A stretch of 64,000 nt of DNA from Candidatus Nomurabacteria bacterium (GTDB lineage Bacteria; Patescibacteriota; Minisyncoccia; Phycocordibacterales; UBA2100), in contig CALRFU010000004.1 of NCBI GenBank assembly GCA_943356775.1, positions 8,546 to 72,545 of the forward strand, in the 5' to 3' direction. Both the position numbers and the translations under genes were made by a program. Positions 36,770 through 46,402 of this stretch are shown here, in pieces. Within the stretch, counting starts at the first letter, position 1. The number at the start of each line of letters is the position of its first letter. The notes beneath the pieces were generated by a model. It was given only the letters and a program-made list of their open reading frames with translations. It did not search any database and was not told where the DNA came from.

Positions 36770-38704
36770 ATGGCGCTTCTGGACTTATTCAAGAAAACCA
36801 AGCCCGAAGACGGGCCGAACATCCTCCCCGTCCTACCCGAGGAAATATACAAATCAGGCATTCTGGATTTGCAGGACGTCATCGCGCCGCATGCGCTGCG
36901 TATCAATTCCCGCGAGCTCGACTTGGGCGAGAAAATCGCGCGCACATTCTTCGTCATTTCATATCCACGTTTTTTGACGACGGGCTGGTTCGCACCTATC
37001 ATCAACATGGACAAGGTCATCGATATTTCCATCTTCATACACCCGATGGATACGAATGAGATGCTCCGCAAATTCCAAAAGAAGGTCGCCGAGGTGCAGA
37101 GTCAGATATCCACACGTGAGTCAAAGGGGATGGTGCGCGACCCGATGCTCGATACCGCGTATTCAGACCTCGAACAACTGCGCGATTCTCTCCAGCAAGC
37201 ACAAGAACGCATCTTCGAAGTAGGTCTCTATCTCACCATCTACGGTAGTACGCGCGAAGAGATAGACAAAGTCGAGACAGAAGTACGCTCCATTCTCGAA
37301 TCGCGTCTCGTCTACATCCGACCTGCGCTTTTCCAGCAAGAGCAAGGATTCCGAAGTGTGCTCCCGCTCGCGACTGACGAGATAAACGTCCATACCAAAC
37401 TCAATTCCGCTCCGCTGTCTTCCATATTCCCGTTCATTTCCTTCGACCTCACCTCAGACCGCGGCATTCTCTACGGCATCAACCGTCACAACTCGTCACT
37501 CATCCTTTTCGACCGGTTCAGCCTCGAAAACTACAACTCCGTGACCTTCGCGAAATCCGGCGCGGGAAAATCCTACACGACCAAGCTGGAAATACTCCGG
37601 AGTCTCATGTTCGACACGGAAGTTATCGTAATTGACCCTGAGCGCGAATACGAGTACCTCGCCGAGACGGTCGGCGGACGCTACTTCAACATCTCACTCT
37701 CGTCTGAGCACCACATCAATCCCTTCGACCTGGCCATTCCGAGAGAAGACGAGAACCCCGGCGATATTCTGCGCAACAACATCATCACGCTCGTCGGGCT
37801 CTTCCGCATCATGTTGGGCGGTCTTACACCAGAGGAAGATGCGGTCATTGACCGTGCTATCACAGAGACATACGCCCTGAAAGACATTTCTGCAGATGCA
37901 AATTTCGCCCTCGTCGAACCGCCTCTTCTCAGTGACTTCGAGCTCGTGCTCTCTGGCATGGAAGGGAGCGAGTCTTTGGTCGCGCGATTATCGAAATACA
38001 CAAAAGGCACGTGGTCGGGATTCATGAACCGCCCGACAAATGTCGACATGAACAAAAAACTCATCGTATTCTCCGTACGCGACATGGAAGACGATTTGAA
38101 GCCGGTCGCCATGTACATCATCACGCACCACATTTGGAATGCCGTGCGCAAAGAACTCCGCAAGCGGCTGCTTATCATCGACGAGGCGTGGTGGATGATG
38201 CGCTCAGAAGACACGGCGTCGTTCCTTTTCTCTATCGCAAAGCGCGGACGCAAATACTTCCTCGGCATCTCGACGATTACCCAAGACGTTTCCGACTTCT
38301 TAAACTCGCCCTACGGCATCCCCATGATTACTAACTCCTCGATCCAGATGCTCCTGCGTCAATCGCCCACATCAGTCGACCTTGTGCAACAGACGTTTAA
38401 ACTCTCCGACGAGGAAAAGTACCTGCTCCTCGAATCCGATGTGGGGGAGGGAATTTTCTTCGCGGGTCTCAAACACGTCGCTATCAAAGTCATCGCCTCA
38501 TATACCGAAGACCAGATAATTACTTCCGATCCTTCGCAGATTCTCGCTATCAAGAAAGCAAAACAAGACCTCGCCGCGGCGAATGAGGGAGGGCCCGGTA
38601 CCGCCGAGGTCGCGGCCGGCGCAGCACAGCAGGCTGAACGCGCGCAATCAGCATCAGTTAATTTCAACCCGTCCGAGGCTCCCGCGACGACACCCCAACA
38701 ATGA
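36770..38704 (+). CDS. VirB4/TraC-like ATPase
   Basis: AKSGAGKS Walker A, IDPEREY, INPFD, IIDEAW Walker B, RGRKY, ITQ. Confidence 0.92.
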   Translation: MALLDLFKKTKPEDGPNILPVLPEEIYKSGILDLQDVIAPHALRINSRELDLGEKIARTFFVISYPRFLTTGWFAPIINMDKVIDISIFIHPMDTNEMLRKFQKKVAEVQSQISTRESKGMVRDPMLDTAYSDLEQLRDSLQQAQERIFEVGLYLTIYGSTREEIDKVETEVRSILESRLVYIRPALFQQEQGFRSVLPLATDEINVHTKLNSAPLSSIFPFISFDLTSDRGILYGINRHNSSLILFDRFSLENYNSVTFAKSGAGKSYTTKLEILRSLMFDTEVIVIDPEREYEYLAETVGGRYFNISLSSEHHINPFDLAIPREDENPGDILRNNIITLVGLFRIMLGGLTPEEDAVIDRAITETYALKDISADANFALVEPPLLSDFELVLSGMEGSESLVARLSKYTKGTWSGFMNRPTNVDMNKKLIVFSVRDMEDDLKPVAMYIITHHIWNAVRKELRKRLLIIDEAWWMMRSEDTASFLFSIAKRGRKYFLGISTITQDVSDFLNSPYGIPMITNSSIQMLLRQSPTSVDLVQQTFKLSDEEKYLLLESDVGEGIFFAGLKHVAIKVIASYTEDQIITSDPSQILAIKKAKQDLAAANEGGPGTAEVAAGAAQQAERAQSASVNFNPSEAPATTPQQ

Positions 38705-38752
38705 ACGTAAGCATCCCAAAGAGGCTGTCTCTCGCGATATACTGAGAGTGTT

Positions 38753-39811
38753 ATGGCGGCTCGCACTCAATTACTGTTCGTCGCCCTCGTCATATGCGCA
38801 TTCTCTGCGTTTACCTCTCCGGCACATGCGCAATTCAGTCTGACGGGCATGGGGAGCGCGCTCTCTATTTCATTTTCTCCCGCAACTCCGTCTCCCGGCG
38901 ACACCGTGACTGTGTCCGTACAAAGCTCTCTCGTTGACATCCAAGACAGTGACATCCTCTGGCAGGCCAACGGGAAGAACGTCGCGCAAGGGAAGGGCGT
39001 CGACTCTGCGAGGGTTATAGCCGGCGCACTCGGCGCCGAAACACGGATTGTAGTCACCGTCGTCACGTCAGACGGCACAAGCGCTTCGACTGAAGCAACC
39101 ATAAACCCGACCGAGCTCGACCTCCTTGTCGACTCTGATTCGTATACACCGCCCTTTTATCGCGGATGGCCGCGTCCGTCAGCGGGTACCAACCTTCGTC
39201 TCCAGGCGTTTCCACGTTTTAAACGGGGGAACGTGACAGTGTCCGCGTCCGAGCTTATATATACATGGCGGCGCAACGGAGAAGTCCTCGGAAGTATTTC
39301 AGGGCGCGGGAAGACATCGGCGGTCGTCCCCGTCGAACACATCTTCGGCACCGACACAATCTCGGTCGAGGCCCGTAGCGCAGACAGCAAAATGTCACAC
39401 GTTTCGTCTATCTCTGTCTCCGCGACCGAACCTACGCTCGCACTCTATGAAGAGCATCCGCTGTACGGAGTTCTGTATCACCGGGCATTCTCCACGTCGG
39501 CATTCATCTCGGGAGTGGAGGCGACATTCGCGGCTGTACCTTTTTTTGCGCAAGCACGGAGCGTATATGACCCCGCCCTTCGTTTCGATTGGCGCGTCAA
39601 CTCCGCGGAAATTCCGGCAAATCTCAAGAATCCAAGCGCCCTCACCATCAACGCGGAGAATTCAAGCGGAGTAGCATTCATCGAACTCCAGGTCACACAC
39701 GCAACAAACTTTTATCTCGATGCAAAAAATACCTGGAATATGAGTTTTTCATCCGGTGCCGATTCCGGAGCATTCGGACAGTTCAATCCGTTCAATAACG
39801 CAACTCAGTAA
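38753..39811 (+). CDS. Secreted beta-rich (Ig-like) hypothetical protein
   Basis: Signal peptide AHA|Q; three W..NG-type modules; DSYTPPFYRG. Confidence 0.8.
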   Translation: MAARTQLLFVALVICAFSAFTSPAHAQFSLTGMGSALSISFSPATPSPGDTVTVSVQSSLVDIQDSDILWQANGKNVAQGKGVDSARVIAGALGAETRIVVTVVTSDGTSASTEATINPTELDLLVDSDSYTPPFYRGWPRPSAGTNLRLQAFPRFKRGNVTVSASELIYTWRRNGEVLGSISGRGKTSAVVPVEHIFGTDTISVEARSADSKMSHVSSISVSATEPTLALYEEHPLYGVLYHRAFSTSAFISGVEATFAAVPFFAQARSVYDPALRFDWRVNSAEIPANLKNPSALTINAENSSGVAFIELQVTHATNFYLDAKNTWNMSFSSGADSGAFGQFNPFNNATQ

Positions 39812-39815
39812 ACCT

Positions 39816-41063
39816 ATGAAAATGAAAACTGTCGTCGAATATGTGCTGGCCGTGGTTGTTGTCCTCATACTCGGAAGCCTTGCCGGGTGGTACTTCTTCC
39901 TCCGCACTCAAACCGACACCACCATCGCCGAGAGTGTCGCCCGCGGGTTCGGTCTTGGCGCGCCGGAAGGGAATACAAACGGTAGCGTCTCGAGCGCATC
40001 ACAGGAGGCGGCGACCGACGCGTCGCCCGCACAATCGGCACAGCGTCCCGCCCAGCTTTGGAGTGTGGAACCAAAACCGACATCGGGACACACGTTCATC
40101 GGGAGCGGAAAAAATCTCCGGCTGCGCTACGTAGAGCGCGCGAGCGGGTACGTACTGGAAGCCGACCCCGAGACAGGACAAATTCTCCGCCTCACCAATA
40201 CGCTCATGCCGAAAATTTATGAGGCTTTGCTCAGTGAGAACGGACACGTGCTTGAACGCTCACTCGATACGGCCGGGAACATAACAACGTTCGTCGGAAC
40301 TATAGCGACAAGCACAAGCTCCGCATCTTCATCGGCCAAAACCCTTACCGGGACGTACCTTGCAAAGAATATTTCAAGCGTAAGCATGCACCCGGTCTCA
40401 GGGGCACTCTTTTATGTTGTGGGCGGTCAGGGCGGTAGCGCCGTTGTAAGTGCCGAGTGGAACGGCGAGAAACAGAAAACGCTTCTTGAATCAGCAATCA
40501 TAAGCTGGAAACCCGTCACCTTGGCAGACGGTCGCACCATACTTGTGCAGGCCGCCGCCGATGGAGTACCCGGTTATAGCTATGAAGTGAGACAAGGCGG
40601 GGTCCTGAACGCCATACTCGGGCCTGTCCCCGGTCTCGTGGTACGCGCGCGACCTTCGTCTTCAGCAGGCACCCCAAATGCCCTTTTGTGGAGTCAGTCA
40701 ATCGGCGGAACTCTCAGCGTATTCGCCCGTGTCGACCAAAACTCGACAGCGGTGCAAATACCCGTGAGGACTGTCGCAGATAAATGCGTATGGAAATCCG
40801 GAGAAGGGTTCGTCGCGTATTGCGGCGTGCCTCAGGGTTCGACCGGTCAAAACTTCCTGGACAATTGGTACCGGGGTGCGACGCACTCATCCGATGCACT
40901 GTGGCGCATTGATGCGAGCGCAGGCACTGCAGAGATACTCTACACTCCTCCCTCTAACACACCGGTTGATATTGAAAATATACTGATAGACAAAGCGGGG
41001 CAGTACATTTCTTTTACTAACGCCGCGGATAAGTCGCTCTGGCTCTTCCGGCTCACTAAATAA
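39816..41063 (+). CDS. Membrane-anchored hypothetical protein, possibly beta-propeller
   Basis: N-terminal TM; DKCVW...YCGVP...D.WY.G. Confidence 0.8.
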   Translation: MKMKTVVEYVLAVVVVLILGSLAGWYFFLRTQTDTTIAESVARGFGLGAPEGNTNGSVSSASQEAATDASPAQSAQRPAQLWSVEPKPTSGHTFIGSGKNLRLRYVERASGYVLEADPETGQILRLTNTLMPKIYEALLSENGHVLERSLDTAGNITTFVGTIATSTSSASSSAKTLTGTYLAKNISSVSMHPVSGALFYVVGGQGGSAVVSAEWNGEKQKTLLESAIISWKPVTLADGRTILVQAAADGVPGYSYEVRQGGVLNAILGPVPGLVVRARPSSSAGTPNALLWSQSIGGTLSVFARVDQNSTAVQIPVRTVADKCVWKSGEGFVAYCGVPQGSTGQNFLDNWYRGATHSSDALWRIDASAGTAEILYTPPSNTPVDIENILIDKAGQYISFTNAADKSLWLFRLTK

Positions 41064-41065
41064 AT

Positions 41066-41596
41066 ATGGCCGCACTCATTCAGTACCGTGTATACGCGCT
41101 GTGCGCCCTCAGCGCTCTCGCAATCACCTGTATCCTTACCCCGTACATCACACACGCGGCGGATTTCGTCCCGCTCGCGCAGACCCCGGGAGGCTCGAAG
41201 CTTGGACAGCTCTACAGCTCCGGTGATTTCTCTAACTTTATAAACGGGCTGTTCAAATTTGCTATCGCTCTCGGTGCTATCGGTGCGGTGCTTCGCCTCG
41301 CGTACGCAGGCTATCTCTACATGGGGCAGTCAGATATGTGGAGCCAAAAAGGAGCAGCCAAAGAAATCATCAAAGACGTGACCCTCGGACTCCTCCTGCT
41401 CTTGAGCATTTACCTCATTCTCTTCCAAATCAATCCCGATATTTTGACACTCAAAGCGTTGCGCAATATCAAAGAGATACGGCAGACAGGCCCCGCGGCG
41501 CCATCGACATCATCAGGCGGCGGCATGCCCGCAGGACTAGAGCCATCCGGCTTACCTAGCAATCCTCTCGACTCGACGTTCCTCGGAGCGCCTTGA
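41066..41596 (+). CDS. VirB2/TrbC-like pilin
   Basis: Signal peptide; two hydrophobic helices joined by AGY.YM...AK..I; INPD. Confidence 0.75.
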   Translation: MAALIQYRVYALCALSALAITCILTPYITHAADFVPLAQTPGGSKLGQLYSSGDFSNFINGLFKFAIALGAIGAVLRLAYAGYLYMGQSDMWSQKGAAKEIIKDVTLGLLLLLSIYLILFQINPDILTLKALRNIKEIRQTGPAAPSTSSGGGMPAGLEPSGLPSNPLDSTFLGAP

Positions 41597-41597
41597 G

Positions 41598-42071
41598 TTA
41601 ATCGGTGGAATACTTAATGACGACGCGGCGGCTTCTTCCTTCTCCCTGTGACTCTGTTTTTACATTCGGGGCGTCCTGCAGTGTCGTGTGCACAATGAGT
41701 CGCTCGTAGGCACTCATAGGGGAGAGTTCCACATCGTATTGAAATGACCGCGCCCGTTCCGCCATCATTAAAGCTTTCGTCTGCAGGTCTTTTATCTGTT
41801 TCGTACGGTACTCATTGACGTCGACAAGAAACATCGGCGTACGCTCGGCAATCGCTCCCTCAACCGGGGTCGGCAGGCGATTCTCGTAAATTTTCTTCAC
41901 CAGAAAATCAATGGCATGAAGGGTGTCCCCATGCGCGCCGATAAGGGTGTGTGTGTCGTCGGTGCGGATTGAAAATATTTCCTGGCCCGCTACGGAGCTC
42001 TGTTCGATACTCGAGTAGGGGATACTCGCTGCGGTGAGCAATTCTTTGAGGATAGCGGAGACGGATTCCAT
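41598..42071 (-). CDS. jag: Jag/KhpB (KH + R3H), short form
   Basis: LIGAHGDTL.AI, DVNEYR, PMSAYERLIVH, SQGEG..RRVVI. Confidence 0.92.
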   Translation of the reverse strand: MESVSAILKELLTAASIPYSSIEQSSVAGQEIFSIRTDDTHTLIGAHGDTLHAIDFLVKKIYENRLPTPVEGAIAERTPMFLVDVNEYRTKQIKDLQTKALMMAERARSFQYDVELSPMSAYERLIVHTTLQDAPNVKTESQGEGRSRRVVIKYSTD

Positions 42072-42122
42072 GGAGGGCACTATACCCCATGACATACAGA
42101 CACTCAACCCGCCCCCTCTGTT

Positions 42123-42860
42123 TTACAGTCCTTTCCCGAACCGTCTACCCGCCGCGTACTCCTGAAGTATCATTAAAATGTTGCCGGTTACCCAATAGAG
42201 AGGTGCCGCCGCGGGGATGGTGTAGGCGATAACGCCGATAATGGCGGGGAGCATATAGCGCGCCTGCAAATCAAAACTCTTGGCCATGTCGCCGGAAAGA
42301 GAGGCCTCAACGGGAGTCGCATCAAGCACTTTCTGACGCGAACCCATCGAGAGGCGCGTGTAGATAAATTGTGTGAGAGCCGCAAGGACGGCGAGAACTA
42401 TGCTCCGCTGCGACATATCAAGCACACCGAGAAATTCCATGTTGACCGATGCCGGTACCTGTACGAACGAGTACAGGAGCGACGCGTCGACCTTCGGGAA
42501 TCCTCCCGCGTAAAAGACCCAGTAGAGTCCGATAAGGACGGGGAATTGTATGAGGACAAGTCCGATACTCGCAAAGGGATGCACTCCGCGCTCCTTGTAG
42601 AGCGCAAATATCGCCCTGCCCTGCTCTTCGCGGTTATCTTTGTGTTTCGCCTTCAACAATTCCACCTCCGGGGCGATTTCCTTCATAGCCATTTGCGCTT
42701 TGATTGCGCGGCTTGAAAGCGGATAAATAATGATACGTACCACAATCGTGAGTGCGATAATGGCGAGACCTATATCGTGCGAAGGAATGATTCCCACGAA
42801 GAACGCCACCCCATTGTAGAGCGGGTCGTAAATACCCGCGTGAAAGAGATTCGATATCAT
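42123..42860 (-). CDS. yidC: Membrane protein insertase YidC
   Basis: GLAIIALTIVVR...PL, LYKE.GVHP, Q.PV, LYW. Confidence 0.94.
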   Translation of the reverse strand: MISNLFHAGIYDPLYNGVAFFVGIIPSHDIGLAIIALTIVVRIIIYPLSSRAIKAQMAMKEIAPEVELLKAKHKDNREEQGRAIFALYKERGVHPFASIGLVLIQFPVLIGLYWVFYAGGFPKVDASLLYSFVQVPASVNMEFLGVLDMSQRSIVLAVLAALTQFIYTRLSMGSRQKVLDATPVEASLSGDMAKSFDLQARYMLPAIIGVIAYTIPAAAPLYWVTGNILMILQEYAAGRRFGKGL

Positions 42861-43210
42861 GATTGGAGTATTCTATCCCGCGCATCAATAGTTCTCAACA
42901 GCTTCTGAATATCGCTCGTCACCTCAGCCCGGGACGCTTCACGCGCTTCTCGTTTGGCGTAGAAGATAAAAGCCGCTGACTGTGTCCTTCCCGCAAGGAG
43001 TGGACGGAGGCTTTCTCGGCAATGACGTTCAATTCGATTGCGATCAACCGAGCGTGGAGATACTTTTTTTGAAACCACACACGCTGCCCGCGGCCCACCC
43101 AAAGAGGGAAGCGGCGTCACCGTTACAGAGAAAAAATCCCCGTGAATGCGCCGGGCAGGGCGGGGGAGGCGGATAAATTCGGCACGTGAGAGCCGGTATT
43201 TTTTTGGCAT
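42857..43210 (-). CDS. rnpA: RNase P protein subunit
   Basis: MPKKYRL, VVSKKV...VDRNRI.R; position between rpmH and yidC. Confidence 0.9.
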   Translation of the reverse strand: MPKKYRLSRAEFIRLPRPARRIHGDFFSVTVTPLPSLGGPRAACVVSKKVSPRSVDRNRIERHCRESLRPLLAGRTQSAAFIFYAKREAREASRAEVTSDIQKLLRTIDARDRILQS

Positions 43211-43226
43211 GATGAGGCGGGACAGC

Positions 43227-43367
43227 CTACACCGTAAGCTTCGCGCGGCCTTTACGGCGGCGGCGGACCAAGACGTTCTTGCCCGATGTGCTCGCTGAGC
43301 GCGCGCGGAAACCGTGCGTGCGGACACGCTTACGCTTCTTTGGCTGCCAATTTCGTTTTGTCGACAT
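43227..43367 (-). CDS. rpmH: 50S ribosomal protein L34 (below ORF-track length cutoff)
   Basis: Manual translation [46 protein letters not shown]. Confidence 0.97.
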   Translation of the reverse strand: MSTKRNWQPKKRKRVRTHGFRARSASTSGKNVLVRRRRKGRAKLTV

Positions 43368-43685
43368 GCCGCCCACTATACCCGTATTCCTAATTAATTC
43401 AACCTTTGCGACCTCACAGGATAAAAATCACCCCCCGATCAATCTACAATCAAAACAAGCGCTTGTGTGGCGTTGCCGAACCTCGCGCAGCGGATAAAAG
43501 GACCGCCAACACATACAGCAGTGGTGATACACGGCACGATCGAGACAAACTTCAGGTTCGGCAACGCCACACAAGCGCGCAAATCCACTCTCCCCACACT
43601 ATCCACACCTTATAAACAGTGGCATGACCGAACTTGAAACTTCCCCAGAGAAGCGTCCCGCGTATAATGTAGAACTTGGTTGCGC

Positions 43686-45050
43686 ATGACTACTACTTCT
43701 ATGAGTAATCGCGAATTGTGGCAGAACGCGCTCGTGCAAATAGAGCTCGGGACGTCTGAGGCTTCCTTCCGCACATGGTTTCGCAACACCGACATCGCAA
43801 GCCGCGACGGAAACACCGTCCACGTGGCTGTTCCTTCCAAAATAGTCAAAGAATGGCTCATGGAGAAGCATCACAAGCTCATCATGAAAGCTCTCCGCGG
43901 CCTGGATAACACCGTCCGGACCGTCGAATATGCGGTTCATCGCTCTGCGGCGGCACCGGCGGAGCGTAAAGCCCCGCGGCCTCAGGTACAAGAGAACGCC
44001 TCGCTCGATCTCGGCAGTCTCTACATAGATAAACGCGATAATTTGAACCCCCGATATACGTTTGAGACTTTTGTCGTCGGCCCTTTCAACGAACTCGCGC
44101 ACGCGGCCGCAAAAGCAATCCTCGAGAGACCCGGCCTGGCTTACAATCCGCTTTTTATCTACGGTTCTACCGGACACGGTAAGACACACCTCATACAAGC
44201 GGTGGGGAATTACTTTAAAAAAGGACACTCGAACAAAAAAGTCCTCTACGTCACCTCGGAGCGCTTCTCGGTGGACTACATCAACGCCGTCCGCGCCGGA
44301 CACGCGAACAATTTCAAGGATCAGTACCGCCAATACGACGTACTTATCATGGACGACGTGCAATTCATCGCGAATACCGAGAAAACGCAGGAAGAATTGT
44401 TCCATCTCTTCAATGCGATGCGCGACAACAACAAACAAATCGTATTCTCGAGCGACAAACACCCCGCATTGCTCCCCGGACTTGAAGACAGGCTCAGGGG
44501 CCGCTTCGGCGCAGGCATGATAGCCGAGATACCCGAGCCCGATATGGAATCGCGCATCGCCATCATTCGCGCAAAAATCGAACAGCATGGGTTTTCTATT
44601 CCGGAAGATATTATCCAATACATCGCAGAAAATCTGCGTGGAAATATCCGCGAGCTTGAGGGGGTCCTCAACATGATTGTGTGTAAATCACAACTCAAGG
44701 GTAAGGCGGTGACACAAGCTGATGTCCGCGCGCTCATTAAACACAATGTGAAGCCCAATAGGGGAGTATCTGTCGATGAGGTGGTACGCCGTATTGCATC
44801 GTATTACGACGTACCCGAGAAAAGTATCTACGAAAAGACACGTAAAAAGGAAGTGGTGAAGCCGCGACAAATAATCATGTATATGCTGCGCGAAGAATTC
44901 AGCGTTTCATACCCATCCATAGGAGAAAAGCTTGGGGGGCGCGACCACACGACGGTGATTCACTCATGTGAAAAGATAAAAGAGGAAATTAAATCAAATC
45001 CTTCACTCGAACAGGAGCTTGATCACATCCGCACACTCATACACGCGTAA
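43686..45050 (+). CDS. dnaA: Chromosomal replication initiator DnaA
   Basis: LNPRYTFETFV, YNPLFIYG.TGHGKTHL, DDVQF, GGRDHTTVIH. Confidence 0.98.
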   Translation: MTTTSMSNRELWQNALVQIELGTSEASFRTWFRNTDIASRDGNTVHVAVPSKIVKEWLMEKHHKLIMKALRGLDNTVRTVEYAVHRSAAAPAERKAPRPQVQENASLDLGSLYIDKRDNLNPRYTFETFVVGPFNELAHAAAKAILERPGLAYNPLFIYGSTGHGKTHLIQAVGNYFKKGHSNKKVLYVTSERFSVDYINAVRAGHANNFKDQYRQYDVLIMDDVQFIANTEKTQEELFHLFNAMRDNNKQIVFSSDKHPALLPGLEDRLRGRFGAGMIAEIPEPDMESRIAIIRAKIEQHGFSIPEDIIQYIAENLRGNIRELEGVLNMIVCKSQLKGKAVTQADVRALIKHNVKPNRGVSVDEVVRRIASYYDVPEKSIYEKTRKKEVVKPRQIIMYMLREEFSVSYPSIGEKLGGRDHTTVIHSCEKIKEEIKSNPSLEQELDHIRTLIHA

Positions 45051-45284
45051 TCACCCTGTTAATAACTCCACGAACAACCACTGCTCAGAACTCGTACAAC
45101 CTATCACTTATCCACTCCGAAAAAATATGAAATTACTTACTCACAACTTATCCGAACTTCCGGTGAAAGTTCTCAACAGTGAACTTCACCGAAAATACAT
45201 AATCAATTCCTCGATTAGAATGATTTCTCCCCAGTATCCACAGTACTAATAGTAGTAATAGTATTTATATATAATTATCTAGGT
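45051..45284. other. oriC (DnaA boxes, DnaA-trio-like tract, AT-rich unwinding region)
   Basis: TTATCCACT 45108, TTCTCCCCA 45225, GTATCCACA 45234, then GTA-CTA-ATA-GTA-GTA-ATA-GTA and TTTATATATAATTAT; dnaA-dnaN intergenic. Confidence 0.85.
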
Positions 45285-46391
45285 ATGAAACTAACAACAA
45301 TAAAAGAAAAGATTTTGAATGCGGTTCAGCTCGCAGAAAAAATCACCGGAAAGAAAGAATCTCTTCCCGTGTTGTCGTGTGTCCTCCTTGAGGTTGTGTC
45401 CGGTAAAGGGGAGTTGATTGTACGGGCGACGAATTTGGAAGCGGGAGTTGAAGTGTCTGTTCCATGTGAGGTTGAGGATGCGGGTGTTGTCGCTGTTTCA
45501 GCTTCTGTTTTATCACAAACAATACGTTCTATATCGGGTGAGAAAATATCACTCAAAACAGAGGATGGAAATTTAGTTGTTGAATCGAGGGGGACGCGGA
45601 CTCTTATAAAGGCTATACCACATGAAGAATTTCCGGCGCTGGGGGGTGAAAATGATGTGAAGGGGGTAAGTGTCTCCCGTGAAGAGCTTATGCGTGGGGT
45701 CCAATCGGTCGCGTATGCAGCCTCACCATCGATGATACGACCGGAATTGGGGAGTGTGTACGTACTTCTCAAACCGGGAGCAATTATATGTGTAGCCACA
45801 GATTCTTTCCGGCTTGCTGAAAAAACAATTCCAGGAGTCTCGAGTAAGAGTGAGACAGAGCTCCTTGTCCCACTCAAGCATGCGCTTGAACTCGTGCATG
45901 TACTTGAGAGAATTGATGCGAATGAGGTGAGTCTTTCAGCGGACGACTCTCAAATGTCGATATCCGCCAATGGGGTCCGGTATGTTTCGCGGGTGGTAGA
46001 CGGCACCTTCCCGAACTATAAAGAAATACTACCGAAAGTATTCGAAACCGAGGCGACTGTTCTTAAGAATGATTTCTCTGAAATGCTCCGTAAGGCCCGT
46101 GTATTTTCAGGTAACGACCAACATGTCGGCCTTCATATATATCCAAAACGTAAAATATTCAGTGCAACGGCGCGCAGCTCTGAGGTGGGGGAGATGTCGG
46201 ATTCAATCGATGCGGCCATTTCCGGTAACGACCTCGACATTAATTTCCATATCGGTTATCTCGCCGACTGTCTCTCCCTCATCGAATCAGACTCGATTAT
46301 TCTTGGTTTTGCAGGAGCGGGAAAGCCACTCGTTATCCGCGGCGTCTCCGACTCCTCGTTTACCTACCTCGTGATGCCTCTCAACAGATAA
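45285..46391 (+). CDS. dnaN: DNA polymerase III beta clamp
   Basis: ATNLE, VATDSFRLA, G.FPNY, YLVMP. Confidence 0.97.
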   Translation: MKLTTIKEKILNAVQLAEKITGKKESLPVLSCVLLEVVSGKGELIVRATNLEAGVEVSVPCEVEDAGVVAVSASVLSQTIRSISGEKISLKTEDGNLVVESRGTRTLIKAIPHEEFPALGGENDVKGVSVSREELMRGVQSVAYAASPSMIRPELGSVYVLLKPGAIICVATDSFRLAEKTIPGVSSKSETELLVPLKHALELVHVLERIDANEVSLSADDSQMSISANGVRYVSRVVDGTFPNYKEILPKVFETEATVLKNDFSEMLRKARVFSGNDQHVGLHIYPKRKIFSATARSSEVGEMSDSIDAAISGNDLDINFHIGYLADCLSLIESDSIILGFAGAGKPLVIRGVSDSSFTYLVMPLNR

Positions 46392-46402
46392 TCTTAGATA
46401 AT

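Noticed and set aside
28192-41596. Integrative conjugative element
   Set aside because: No relaxase, coupling protein, integrase or boundary repeats visible.
6729-44618. Long antisense ORFs (e.g. 6729-7478, 7479-8216, 27212-28060, 43599-44618)
   Set aside because: Shadow frames of well-supported genes with no recognisable motifs.
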